From positions 15,364 through 79,363 of the forward strand of contig JAPPBX010000112.1 in the NCBI GenBank assembly GCA_026702755.1: a stretch of DNA of 64,000 bases. Reading direction: 5' to 3'. Positions 1 through 8,514 of this stretch are shown piece by piece. Source of the DNA: Candidatus Poribacteria bacterium. GTDB lineage: Bacteria; Poribacteria; WGA-4E; WGA-3G. Made by a program: the position numbers and the translations under genes. Position 1 is the stretch's first letter. The number at the start of each line of letters is the position of its first letter. Below the pieces are notes generated by a model that was given only the letters and a program-made list of their open reading frames with translations, was not told where the DNA came from and searched no databases.

Positions 1-782
1 CGCTTGCCTATAGGTCCAATCGAAATGGGGACCCTGATATTTACGTAATGGATGTGAGAACGAACACACATCGTCGGTTGACCTTTGATGATGGGAACGA
101 TTGGTGGCCTGCATGGTCGCCGAATGGAAAATGGATCGCATTCGCCTCAAATCGCGCGGGGGAGATAGACCTCTACAGAATGGATGCGAATGCAAAAAAT
201 GTGATGCGACTAACGAATCAAGGGAAGTGCAAAAGACCGGCTTGGTCCCCAGATAGCCGATGGATCGCCTTTATCTCAAAATCCTCTCTTTTTGTGATGA
301 CTGCTGAAGGGAAAGGGAGGCGGCAGCTCGCAGATACATTTTCTACGGGATGCGCCTGGTCACCGGATGGCAAAGAAATTGCTTTTGTTCCACGAGGAGA
401 TGCTGTCGGCGGAAAAGCTCTTTTCAGTGTTGACAAAGATGGGAAAAACATGCGTCAACTCACTCGGTTGTATAAAGGCCTCGTATCAATCTTTGATCCT
501 ACATGGTCGCCGAGTGGAAAATGGATCGCATATCTTTTAGTTCAACCGCCAGAAAAACTCCTTGAGGGGAAAGTGGTTATGGCAGAAGAGTTTTTTGCTA
601 ACTCAGTTATTTGTATAGCGAATACAGCAGACGGTGACGGTGACGGTGGAGACCCGATTGAGGCAACGAGAGAGTTAGTATCTGATGGTCCTGAGTGGGT
701 ACCGGAAGGATTTCTCTCTGTATCGCCGAGTTCGGAGAAGCAGACAACGCTCTGGGGTAGACTTAAGCAAATAGATAAGTAA
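1..782 (+). CDS. TolB-like periplasmic beta-propeller (PD40/WD40-like repeat) protein, 5'-truncated by the window edge
   Basis: The reading frame is open from nt 3 (..SNRNGDPDIYVMDV..). It carries repeated PD40-type motifs (PAWSPNGKWIAF, DLYRMDANAKNVMRLT, PAWSPDSRWIAF, CAWSPDGKEIAF, PTWSPSGKWIAY) typical of the TolB C-terminal propeller. The N-terminus lies outside the window. Confidence 0.6.
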   Translation, partial: LAYRSNRNGDPDIYVMDVRTNTHRRLTFDDGNDWWPAWSPNGKWIAFASNRAGEIDLYRMDANAKNVMRLTNQGKCKRPAWSPDSRWIAFISKSSLFVMTAEGKGRRQLADTFSTGCAWSPDGKEIAFVPRGDAVGGKALFSVDKDGKNMRQLTRLYKGLVSIFDPTWSPSGKWIAYLLVQPPEKLLEGKVVMAEEFFANSVICIANTADGDGDGGDPIEATRELVSDGPEWVPEGFLSVSPSSEKQTTLWGRLKQIDK

Positions 783-905
783 AGAGAAGACATCTAAATG
801 TGATATCTTCACAGAGAACGGCGCAAAGGTTAAATGCAATTTAAAAAAAATTAGATATATGGTGGGAGTAATAGTCTTTATTTGAAGGGCGCAGCTTGGA
901 TCAAA

Positions 906-1217
906 TTACCGCTGTGCTTCACTCAACTCGCGCAAAAATTCAAAAGTATAAATTCCAGTACGGTGTCCATCACTCCACGCCAAACGCACTGCATAGCGTC
1001 CGACTCGCTGAATATCCACAAGGCGTAAATTTTCAAAAAAGTCATCAGAGAGTACAATATAGAAGGGGTCTTTTCCTGTTCGCATGGCATCGCAACGGGC
1101 ACAGGGGCATTTTTGGCGGAGAAGGCGGTAGGACAATTCGCTTTGGTGCGAATCTTTCCATTCGATTTTCAGACTTGTACGGGTTCTTTCAATGCGAGTT
1201 GGTTGAAATTGCTGCAT
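906..1217 (-). CDS. DUF971-family protein
   Basis: It contains KIEWKDSHQSELSYRLLRQKCPCARC ... RLAWSDGHRTGIYTFEFL, which matches the DUF971 pattern (W.DGH...LRdnCpCaeC ... wsDGHdtGiY). The overlapping plus-strand ORF 896-1219 has no recognisable domain. Confidence 0.55.
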   Translation of the reverse strand: MQQFQPTRIERTRTSLKIEWKDSHQSELSYRLLRQKCPCARCDAMRTGKDPFYIVLSDDFFENLRLVDIQRVGRYAVRLAWSDGHRTGIYTFEFLRELSEAQR

Positions 1218-1349
1218 GATGGCTTCTCAAAACGGCTTTCCGTTTAGAAATTAGAAAAAAAACGGTTGCTAATTTGTGCGACCGCAGGCGGTCCCGCAAA
1301 TCAACAACCGTTCAGTGAGTCGCGATCGAAGGATTGCTTCTACTATCCG

Positions 1350-1607
1350 TTATTCAAAGTATTCCGCATTGATTTCGATGTACTCTTCCCATTCTTCAGG
1401 GACATCTTCTTCCATGAAGATAGCCTCGACGGGGCATTCGGGTTCGCATACACCGCAATCGATGCACTCTTCTGGGTCGATGTAGAGCTGATTAAATTCC
1501 TCGAACTCGTCAGCGTCGGGTAGGGGGTGAATGCAGTCCACTGGACACACATCAACGCACGAACTATCCTTAACGTCAACGCAGGGTTCGCAAATCACAT
1601 ACGTCAT
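1350..1607 (-). CDS. fdxA: 7Fe ferredoxin (FdxA type, [3Fe-4S][4Fe-4S])
   Basis: The sequence TYVICEPCVDVKDSSCVDVCPVDCIH...ECIDCGVCEPECPVEAIF matches the Azotobacter-type FdxA cysteine pattern. Start is assigned to the internal ATG (MTYV), which is preceded by GGAG; the longer ORF extends to 1676. Confidence 0.75.
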   Translation of the reverse strand: MTYVICEPCVDVKDSSCVDVCPVDCIHPLPDADEFEEFNQLYIDPEECIDCGVCEPECPVEAIFMEEDVPEEWEEYIEINAEYFE

Positions 1608-2142
1608 GTTGGAAAACTCCTTTCCGCTTGATTTACAATAAGAATCTCCATACCATGTAGGGGCGACTTCGCTCAATGGATGAGGTTAGTCCTCCTTGAT
1701 GAAGGCGTTGCAAAAACATCGTCATATATGGCGGATTTTTTGCTGTGTCTGCTGAGTTGCGATTCAGGACACTATAATAATACCATAAACGATTTATTTT
1801 GTCAAGTTATATTTCTGACAATACCAGAACCTTTCACTTTTTAGAACGAATCGGGGTTAAAAATCTCTTCCATATTAGTTATCAGTTTGCCTCACAGTGA
1901 GAGTTATCGGTTGTCGGTAGGCGAATTTAAGGAACCTCGCCAGCACCAGCGGAGCATGGAGGAACCTTGTCTCCAAAAATGTCAACATATTTTCAGATTT
2001 TATTGTAAAATTGGAATTATTACAATTCTTTCAAATTATGCACCCTTTTCCAATCAAATTCTGGTCTTTTAATTATAAAGGGTAAAGCAGCATTTTAAAT
2101 TTACACGGTTTCAACGCTACGCATTAATCGTGGAGAATCCTG

Positions 2143-5100
2143 ATGGTAGAAAACGATGTTCAACTAATTCGCAGAATTTTATCAGGTGATGACGAGGCAT
2201 TCAGTATTTTGGTTCAGAAGCACCAAAAAAGTGTCCATGCGCTTGTATGGCGGAAAATTGGGGATTTCCATATTGCTGAGGAGATTACGCAGGACACCTT
2301 TCTCCGCGTATACAAAAGCCTCGCAACACTGAAAGATCCCAACCTATTTGCTGGATGGCTTTATGTCATCGCAAATCGGCTTTGCATTAATTGGAGCGAA
2401 AAAAATACGTCGGTGATGCAATCGTTGGAAGACACATCTATGGAAGAGATAGAGCAATCTTCTTATACGCATTATATATCGGAGCAACGTGAGTCAGAGG
2501 TCTCTGATCGTCATTATGAAATCGTCCAAAGGCTTCTCCAAAAATTGCCAGAGAGTGAACGCACAGTCGTGACACTCTATTATCTCGGTGAAATGACAGC
2601 AAAGGAGATTGGGAAGTTTTTAGGCGTGTCGGTGAACACGATTAAAAGTCGGCTTCGGCGAGCGAAAAAGCGTTTACGGAAGGAAGAGCAGCTCTTGATT
2701 AGCGAAACGCTTGGGAATATCCACTTACCTGCCAATCTCACCGAGAGCATTATGCAACAAGTTGCTGATATAAAACAGACACTCTCTCCAGTAGGGAAAC
2801 CGCTGCTACCGTGGGCGGCTTTTGGCGCAGCTGCCGTCTTGATTATGTTATTGCTCGGTGTTAGCAATCAATACCTCGCCCGTTTTCAACAGCCATATAG
2901 TTTTGAAGCACAATCTGAACCCACGATTGAAATCATTGATGCCTATATTACGCTTGATATTGACGCAAAACCAGCTGTACGAAATCAAGCCGGACGTGCT
3001 TCTATCCCGAGTAAAAATAGTGGAAACGGTCTACAAGTTTCTGAGACAGTTTTAGCAGCCAATACACTGGAAGATTCCGCCAAGTTTTCTACTTCACAGT
3101 GGACCCAAACAGATGGACCGCAAGGTGGCACTGCCCTTAACATCTTTGTTACACCTGAAAAAACGCTTTACGCCGCTACACCATCAGGCATCTACAGATT
3201 GACAGCAGAGGCAACTGCCTGGGCACTCATCGACACCAGCGTTCCAATTAGTGAGTCCGCGATGCCTATGGCAGAGTTTGAGAATACGCTCTATATTGTC
3301 TCTACTGATGAAGTGTTTACTTCAACTAACGATGGCGAAACATGGAATGAATTATGTCCGCGACCAAAGGGGCGTGCTATTGGATTGATCATAACAGATG
3401 AGGCACAAGGACACGGATCACAATCCCATCAGGCAATGTATCTCGCCCTTGAAGATAAAGGCATCTTCCGCTCTACCGATGCTGGCGCACAATGGAGACT
3501 TCTTAACAATGGACTGATAGATCAAACGATTACGGCGGTAGCTGCAATAGGGAATACAGTATTTGCTGGCACAAACATGGGACTTTATCGCCTCAATTCA
3601 GGCACTTGGGAGCAATTGTCCGTGGCTGCGTCCGAGGTTATTCATTCCTTAGTAAGTCATGAGAATAACCTCTATGTCGTAACAGGTCACGATCTTTTTA
3701 CTTTAGGACTGCTTGAATCAAGGTTAAAGGATGCCGGGCAAATAGTGCGCGGTTACAACGCGAGTTCAAGTAAAATTTTCTATTCGACTGATTTGGGGGC
3801 GTCGTGGACTGAGGTAACACCGAAAAACAGGTCTCCGTTTGTAAGAACACCAACGGGTATAAAACTTGTGGTTGCCGGTGAGACACTCTTGCTGCTCGGT
3901 GTCGCTGAATTACGCTCAACGGATGGCGGACAAACTTGGACAGACCTCGGATTCGACAGAAATTTGTTTACGCTGGATAACTTTTCAACTGTGGCGATAG
4001 ATGAGAATACGTTTTACAATGTTAGTGCATCCGGTGTTCATCGGACAACTGATGCGGGTGAATCGTGGCAACCATTTATGAGCGGGATGGCAGGTACCAG
4101 AATGCAGGATTTAGTGGCGTTCAATGACAGACTCTACATGCACACTGGCAGCGACATTTTCCAATCAACCGACGGGGGTACGTCGTGGAAAAACGTTCCG
4201 ATTAATTCGGGCGGTGTTATCCTTAAGTCCGAAAAAAAGGAACAGCCTCAAGGCGATTTCTCGCTTGATTCAAGGTTGGTAGCAACTAACAACGCTCTTT
4301 ATGGAATTATACCTGAAGAAGACGACTTACGCGTTTTCCATTTACCTCTAAATAGTAATGCGTTTGTTCCTGTTCACAAGATACCCGCTTTTGCAAGGCG
4401 ATCACCATCTTTTAATGTGTGGACAAGAAAAGCCTTAGCTTATGAGTTATGGACGAGCGTTGAAGAAGTGAAACAGGATCACTCGTCTGATGGTCATGAA
4501 GAAAGCGATAGCGTGCCTGTTACGTTGTATTTTAGAAAAAAACATTGGGAAGCTGGAGGATTTGCTGTCAGTGCCGGAGTATTCTACATGGAATGCCAGC
4601 GACGGCTTTTCAGTTGGGAACCCGGTAGACGGGAATGGAGAAACACAGGTCTGATAGATACCAGTGAACAACCTGATAGCGAATTGGATAAGGGGTTCAA
4701 GTTAGCGGTTTCAGCGGAAACTGTCTATGTGGGTAAGCGGGATGGCAAACTCTTTCAATCGTTTGATGGCGGAGACAGTTGGAAGGAGATTACATCAAAT
4801 CTTCTGCTTCATTTTACCCGCTTCAATGAAATAGTCTTTGCAGGCGCAACGGTTTATGTCGCAACTGATAAAGGCGTTTTATCCTCACAGAATGGAGAAG
4901 ACTGGCGCGTGATAACCGATACAATGGGTACGCGTATTGTTATAGACCGATTCGCTTTAAACAGTGCCACCGTTTATGGTGCTGGCGAGACAGGAGTCTA
5001 TCGCTTAAAAACCGAGTGGCAACAGATTTCTCCAGAGGTTCCGGGTAAAGTTATATCCCTCATCGTTAGCAACGACAGACTTTACATTGCTACCGAACAA

Positions 5101-5157
5101 CGCGGTCTGTTTCACATCTCGCTTGGAGAAGAAGCACGGGTAGAAGTGATGAAATAA
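2143..5157 (+). CDS. ECF sigma factor fused to a transmembrane segment and a ~760 aa BNR/Asp-box (Ycf48/sortilin-like) beta-propeller domain
   Basis: The N-terminus has sigma-70 region 2 (FSILVQKHQKSVHALVWRKIGDFHIAEEITQDTFLRVYKSL..GWLYVIANRLCINW) and region 4 (ERTVVTLYYLGEMTAKEIGKFLGVSVNTIKSRLRRAKKRL). A hydrophobic helix follows (PLLPWAAFGAAAVLIMLLLGV). Repeated BNR motifs then occur (STNDGETW, STDAGAQW, STDLGASW, STDGGQTW, TTDAGESW, STDGGTSW, SFDGGDSW). The ATG is preceded by GGAGAA. Confidence 0.7.
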   Translation: MVENDVQLIRRILSGDDEAFSILVQKHQKSVHALVWRKIGDFHIAEEITQDTFLRVYKSLATLKDPNLFAGWLYVIANRLCINWSEKNTSVMQSLEDTSMEEIEQSSYTHYISEQRESEVSDRHYEIVQRLLQKLPESERTVVTLYYLGEMTAKEIGKFLGVSVNTIKSRLRRAKKRLRKEEQLLISETLGNIHLPANLTESIMQQVADIKQTLSPVGKPLLPWAAFGAAAVLIMLLLGVSNQYLARFQQPYSFEAQSEPTIEIIDAYITLDIDAKPAVRNQAGRASIPSKNSGNGLQVSETVLAANTLEDSAKFSTSQWTQTDGPQGGTALNIFVTPEKTLYAATPSGIYRLTAEATAWALIDTSVPISESAMPMAEFENTLYIVSTDEVFTSTNDGETWNELCPRPKGRAIGLIITDEAQGHGSQSHQAMYLALEDKGIFRSTDAGAQWRLLNNGLIDQTITAVAAIGNTVFAGTNMGLYRLNSGTWEQLSVAASEVIHSLVSHENNLYVVTGHDLFTLGLLESRLKDAGQIVRGYNASSSKIFYSTDLGASWTEVTPKNRSPFVRTPTGIKLVVAGETLLLLGVAELRSTDGGQTWTDLGFDRNLFTLDNFSTVAIDENTFYNVSASGVHRTTDAGESWQPFMSGMAGTRMQDLVAFNDRLYMHTGSDIFQSTDGGTSWKNVPINSGGVILKSEKKEQPQGDFSLDSRLVATNNALYGIIPEEDDLRVFHLPLNSNAFVPVHKIPAFARRSPSFNVWTRKALAYELWTSVEEVKQDHSSDGHEESDSVPVTLYFRKKHWEAGGFAVSAGVFYMECQRRLFSWEPGRREWRNTGLIDTSEQPDSELDKGFKLAVSAETVYVGKRDGKLFQSFDGGDSWKEITSNLLLHFTRFNEIVFAGATVYVATDKGVLSSQNGEDWRVITDTMGTRIVIDRFALNSATVYGAGETGVYRLKTEWQQISPEVPGKVISLIVSNDRLYIATEQRGLFHISLGEEARVEVMK

Positions 5158-5188
5158 CTTCCACTTTTTACAGGTAAAAGGAGAAACT

Positions 5189-5863
5189 ATGAAAGTCTTA
5201 GTCATCTCCCTTCTTATCATCCTAATTGTCCTCCCGATCGCTTTCGCCGCTGAGGACAAACAGACTTCTGATGTTACCAGCCTTTACCATCTTGCCAACA
5301 TCTTAGGCATCCAAGTATCACTGGCGCAAGTCGAAAACATGCTCATTCAGAAAACTGAGGGACATCATGACACCGATTTCACGAATCTCATTGACACTGC
5401 CGAGGAAATCGGACTCGAATTGCGAGAGCATAATCTCACTTATGAAGAACTCCGGGCATTTAAAACGCCGGTCATCGCGCACCTCAAGACTACATTTGAG
5501 GACGAACACCCTGCAAATGCGGACTCTACTGCTGGTCATTTCATTGTCGTTGAGTACGCAAACAAAAAGTGGGCGCGCCTCTTTGATACACCCAATAGGT
5601 TGCTATATCAGGCAGCTACTGTTGTCTCCCGAGATCAATTTTTGGACCTCTGGACGGGACGGGTACTTGCCCTCTCGGGAAGCCAACGTCAGCAAAGGCA
5701 ACCGGTTTTAAATGTGTCACCCACGTTGTTGGATTTAGATGCCTTAATCACACTGCAGCGCGGTTTTGCGGAGCAAGACTTAGCAGGCTATCAGTTTCCT
5801 GTCCGACTTAAAAATCGAAGCGAGGCACCGATACAAATCATCTCTGTCGCAGGGAATACGTGA
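5189..5863 (+). CDS. secreted C39-like (bacteriocin-processing peptidase-like) domain protein, catalytic Cys absent; terminates at an in-frame TGA
   Basis: It has a signal peptide (MKVLVISLLIILIVLPIAFAA) and a good RBS (AAAGGAGAAACTATG). The domain resembles peptidase C39 (..NLIDTAEEIGLELREH..LRAFKTPVIAHLK...GHFIVVEY), but the position of the catalytic Cys is occupied by S/L. The C-terminus (FPVRLKNRSEAPIQIISVAGNT) looks like the first half of a DUF1573-like Ig-fold domain. Confidence 0.5.
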   Translation: MKVLVISLLIILIVLPIAFAAEDKQTSDVTSLYHLANILGIQVSLAQVENMLIQKTEGHHDTDFTNLIDTAEEIGLELREHNLTYEELRAFKTPVIAHLKTTFEDEHPANADSTAGHFIVVEYANKKWARLFDTPNRLLYQAATVVSRDQFLDLWTGRVLALSGSQRQQRQPVLNVSPTLLDLDALITLQRGFAEQDLAGYQFPVRLKNRSEAPIQIISVAGNT

Positions 5864-5920
5864 CATACGGTTATCGCTGAGCCAAAGACAAGCGTCATTC
5901 CTGCCGGGAAAGGTGCTGTT

Positions 5921-6652
5921 TTGGGGATCGGTTCGACTGCAGTTGCAGTCTATAGGACATCTTTTATGACTGTCCATATTCAAACGGATACACCGCAGCG
6001 TCCGTACACTTTTATCTCTTTCGGACGTGCTGGGGAGTTTCCTGTTGTCTTTGTCCCTGAGAACATCTATGTGGAAAGCATTGGGGCATCACAGCCAAAG
6101 AAGATTGTCGGACTTAAAAACCCGCGCGAGACATCTCTGATGATTCAGAATATTAAGAGTTCACAGGAATGGATTCAACCCGTTCTCCGTAGCGACAACG
6201 TCGTTTATCCGTGGCGCACTGCGGATATTGAACTGAATTTTGAAAGCGAACAGATGCCGAGAGGCATGTTTAACGAAAAACTCACGGTTGAATACATTGA
6301 TCACAAAGGAGAGATGAAAGCTATCACGCTACCCATATCGGGGGAAGTGAATCAGTCTTACACACTCGCGCCCACCCAATTTTTCTTCGGGAGCATTAAT
6401 TCTACCGAAGAAAATACAAAGGTATTAGTGCTTAAAAATTTAACGGGTACCGAACTCCAGATTGAAAAGATCGAAGCTGATATCGGAACAATTACAGTAA
6501 AACGGCAAGCCGACAGTAACCGCTATCACTTAACGCTAATATTACCATCAATTTTAGCAAAGGGTGTGCTGAAAGGCGAAGTTCAACTCCAGACGAACCA
6601 CCCAAAGATGCGCCTTGTCAAGATTCCGATTTTTGCTTTTGTTGCAAAGTAA
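5921..6652 (+). CDS. hypothetical protein with DUF1573-like Ig-fold region; possibly the C-terminal continuation of 5189-5863
   Basis: It is in the same reading frame as 5189-5863, separated only by TGA at 5861-5863, with no other stop between. The ORF-track start at 5921 is a TTG. The sequence after the TGA (HTVIAEPKTSVIPAGKGAVLGI) continues the DUF1573-like pattern, and a second similar segment lies downstream (VLVLKNLTGTELQIEKIEADIG). Confidence 0.4.
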   Translation: MGIGSTAVAVYRTSFMTVHIQTDTPQRPYTFISFGRAGEFPVVFVPENIYVESIGASQPKKIVGLKNPRETSLMIQNIKSSQEWIQPVLRSDNVVYPWRTADIELNFESEQMPRGMFNEKLTVEYIDHKGEMKAITLPISGEVNQSYTLAPTQFFFGSINSTEENTKVLVLKNLTGTELQIEKIEADIGTITVKRQADSNRYHLTLILPSILAKGVLKGEVQLQTNHPKMRLVKIPIFAFVAK

Positions 6653-6699
6653 AAGCATTTCGCGCTTGAACCCTCTAAAAATACATAAGGAGCTATCCC

Positions 6700-8325
6700 A
6701 TGAAAACTATCACAAGTGCAATTCTAATTGGCATTTTAATGACTCCGATCATGTTGTTCGCAGCACCACACGAACCGTCACCTGCTGGTGGCGGTTGGCT
6801 TGAACTGAACCCTAAACTCGGGCAAGTCCAAACGGACGCGCCGTGGTTTCCAGAACTGACCGGCGAACTCACGATTGAAGCGTGGATCTACGTAGACGAG
6901 CCGTTGTCCAAGCAAGTTATCTTTTCACTTGTAGGTCAAACAGACCGTTTCAACTGTTTCCTTATTGGAACGCCCGTGGACGAGGACGAAGACGGTATTC
7001 TGGATACAGAACCCGGTATCTTGTCGCAAGGAACGACTGAACATTCAGGGACGATGAGGGGTAACCTGCCAATTCGTCAATGGGTCCATTACGTAGCAAC
7101 AATCAACAGAGGCGCTACTGTTGGCAGCGACGGTTATATTGCAGAAGGAGTTGATGGGAGCGAACTGCCAGCCCCAAATGAAAATCGTCTTGTGCTTGGG
7201 GGTATCCCAGTTATATCGGGAATCCCAATGATGCCTGGATTCAAAGCACGTTTCGCCTCAGGGGTCTATATTGACGAGTTGCGGATCAGCAGCGTCGTCC
7301 GCTACAAAGGAAACTACGCCGTGCCGACAAAGACATTCACCGCAGATACTCACACCATAGGACTCTATCATTTCGATGCGGAGTCGAACCAATCTTATGA
7401 AGATAGTTCAAATTCCCAGATTCCCTTAATCCGAAGCGAGATAGATCCCGAGGTGCTTGCTGAAATTGAAGAAGCGACAGCCTCGCCCGTGCTGTCAAAA
7501 AGTGAAGGAGAGCTGCTTCAACTCATCCGCGAAGGAATCGCCTATTACGATAGCCTGCTTGAAAGCGGACGTGTTGACTTTTTTCGGGAGACTACCAGTG
7601 TCGCCTCCGATGGACTCCCTGAAATGGAACGTGCTCCCAGCGGTACATGGAAAGGAACTTTCGAGTTTTCTGGACGTAAAATGAGATGCGTTGTCACACG
7701 AGATGTTATTCAGTACGAACCTGACCGGAACATTCCAATTACAGGAACTCAGCAATACGCTTATGATGGCGAAACTTTTGAGACACTCCGGGAAACATTT
7801 AACGGTATTGTGCTGAGTCGCAGAAGCGAAATCGTCGATGACCCATTTGATGATCCACGCTTCTGGGGATGGGATCTCAGTGGTGGTGGAAAAGAATCTC
7901 TCGTAATGCTTATTGATGAACTTGAGGTCGAAAGTATTAAAGAGGTGCGTTTCGACGAGAGTGATGTCTACCATATCAAAGGAAATGCGTATGGTGTCGC
8001 GATAGAATTGTGGCTGAACCCTAAGAAAAGTTACCGGCCCGAACGTTATGTGTTTGCCAATCCCATGATTGCTATAACGAAGGATTCCAAGTTCAAAGAG
8101 GTCGCGCCTGACCTCTGGTTCCCGGAATCTGCCAAATCGGTTACGACTGTAATTGACGTGGAAACCGACACGAAAACCGATGCCACCACCACAACGGTGC
8201 AATTCACAAACATTCGGATTAATGAACCTATTCCTGAATCCCGATTTTCCATTGAGCCACCCCCAGGGGCAACAGTATTCGACATGCGAACCCAAGAAAG
8301 TTTTGAAGTTCCAGTTTCAGATTAA
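6700..8325 (+). CDS. secreted LamG/concanavalin-A-like domain protein with a C-terminal LolA-like (lipoprotein-sorting-like) domain
   Basis: It has a signal peptide (MKTITSAILIGILMTPIMLFAAP) and the RBS AAGGAG. A LamG-like segment is present (LTGELTIEAWIYVDEPLSKQVIFSLVG...WVHYVATINRG). The C-terminus resembles LolA-like/DUF4367 proteins (PDLWFPESAKSVTTVIDVETDT...VQFTNIRINEPIPESRFSIEPPPGATVFD). Confidence 0.5.
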   Translation: MKTITSAILIGILMTPIMLFAAPHEPSPAGGGWLELNPKLGQVQTDAPWFPELTGELTIEAWIYVDEPLSKQVIFSLVGQTDRFNCFLIGTPVDEDEDGILDTEPGILSQGTTEHSGTMRGNLPIRQWVHYVATINRGATVGSDGYIAEGVDGSELPAPNENRLVLGGIPVISGIPMMPGFKARFASGVYIDELRISSVVRYKGNYAVPTKTFTADTHTIGLYHFDAESNQSYEDSSNSQIPLIRSEIDPEVLAEIEEATASPVLSKSEGELLQLIREGIAYYDSLLESGRVDFFRETTSVASDGLPEMERAPSGTWKGTFEFSGRKMRCVVTRDVIQYEPDRNIPITGTQQYAYDGETFETLRETFNGIVLSRRSEIVDDPFDDPRFWGWDLSGGGKESLVMLIDELEVESIKEVRFDESDVYHIKGNAYGVAIELWLNPKKSYRPERYVFANPMIAITKDSKFKEVAPDLWFPESAKSVTTVIDVETDTKTDATTTTVQFTNIRINEPIPESRFSIEPPPGATVFDMRTQESFEVPVSD

Positions 8326-8402
8326 CGCCTTGCTTATACTCCTGTCGCGTTTACGAAGTGTTCTTACCGGTAAAGGAAAAATAGAGTGACATCGCAAAAA
8401 AT

Positions 8403-8433
8403 TTGACAAATCAAAAGTTTTTGTGATAGTATG
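8403..8433 (+). promoter_or_regulatory. sigma-70-like promoter upstream of recJ (TTGACA-18-TAGTAT)
   Basis: The sequence ttgacaaatcaaaagtttttgtgatagtatg lies about 80 nt upstream of the recJ ATG. The call rests on consensus only. Confidence 0.3.
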
Positions 8434-8514
8434 TCATAATCGAAAATTGTTGCTTATAAGTCCCACTCTATTGCAAAGTGCAGGTTTTCCGTCTCAACAC
8501 CGGTAGGAACAATC

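Noticed and set aside
896-1219. Plus-strand 107 aa ORF overlapping the DUF971 gene
   Set aside because: It has no recognisable motif. The minus-strand frame carries a clear DUF971 signature, so this is the antisense shadow ORF.
5864-5920. Bacterial SECIS-like stem-loop immediately 3' of the in-frame TGA at 5861
   Set aside because: No convincing hairpin with the expected spacing and apical loop was found by eye. Selenocysteine recoding therefore remains unsupported, and pseudogene or error is more parsimonious.
7495-8295. 266 aa minus-strand ORF inside the LamG/LolA-like gene
   Set aside because: It is antisense to a gene with a signal peptide and coherent domains and has no motifs of its own. 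It is likely a spurious long ORF.
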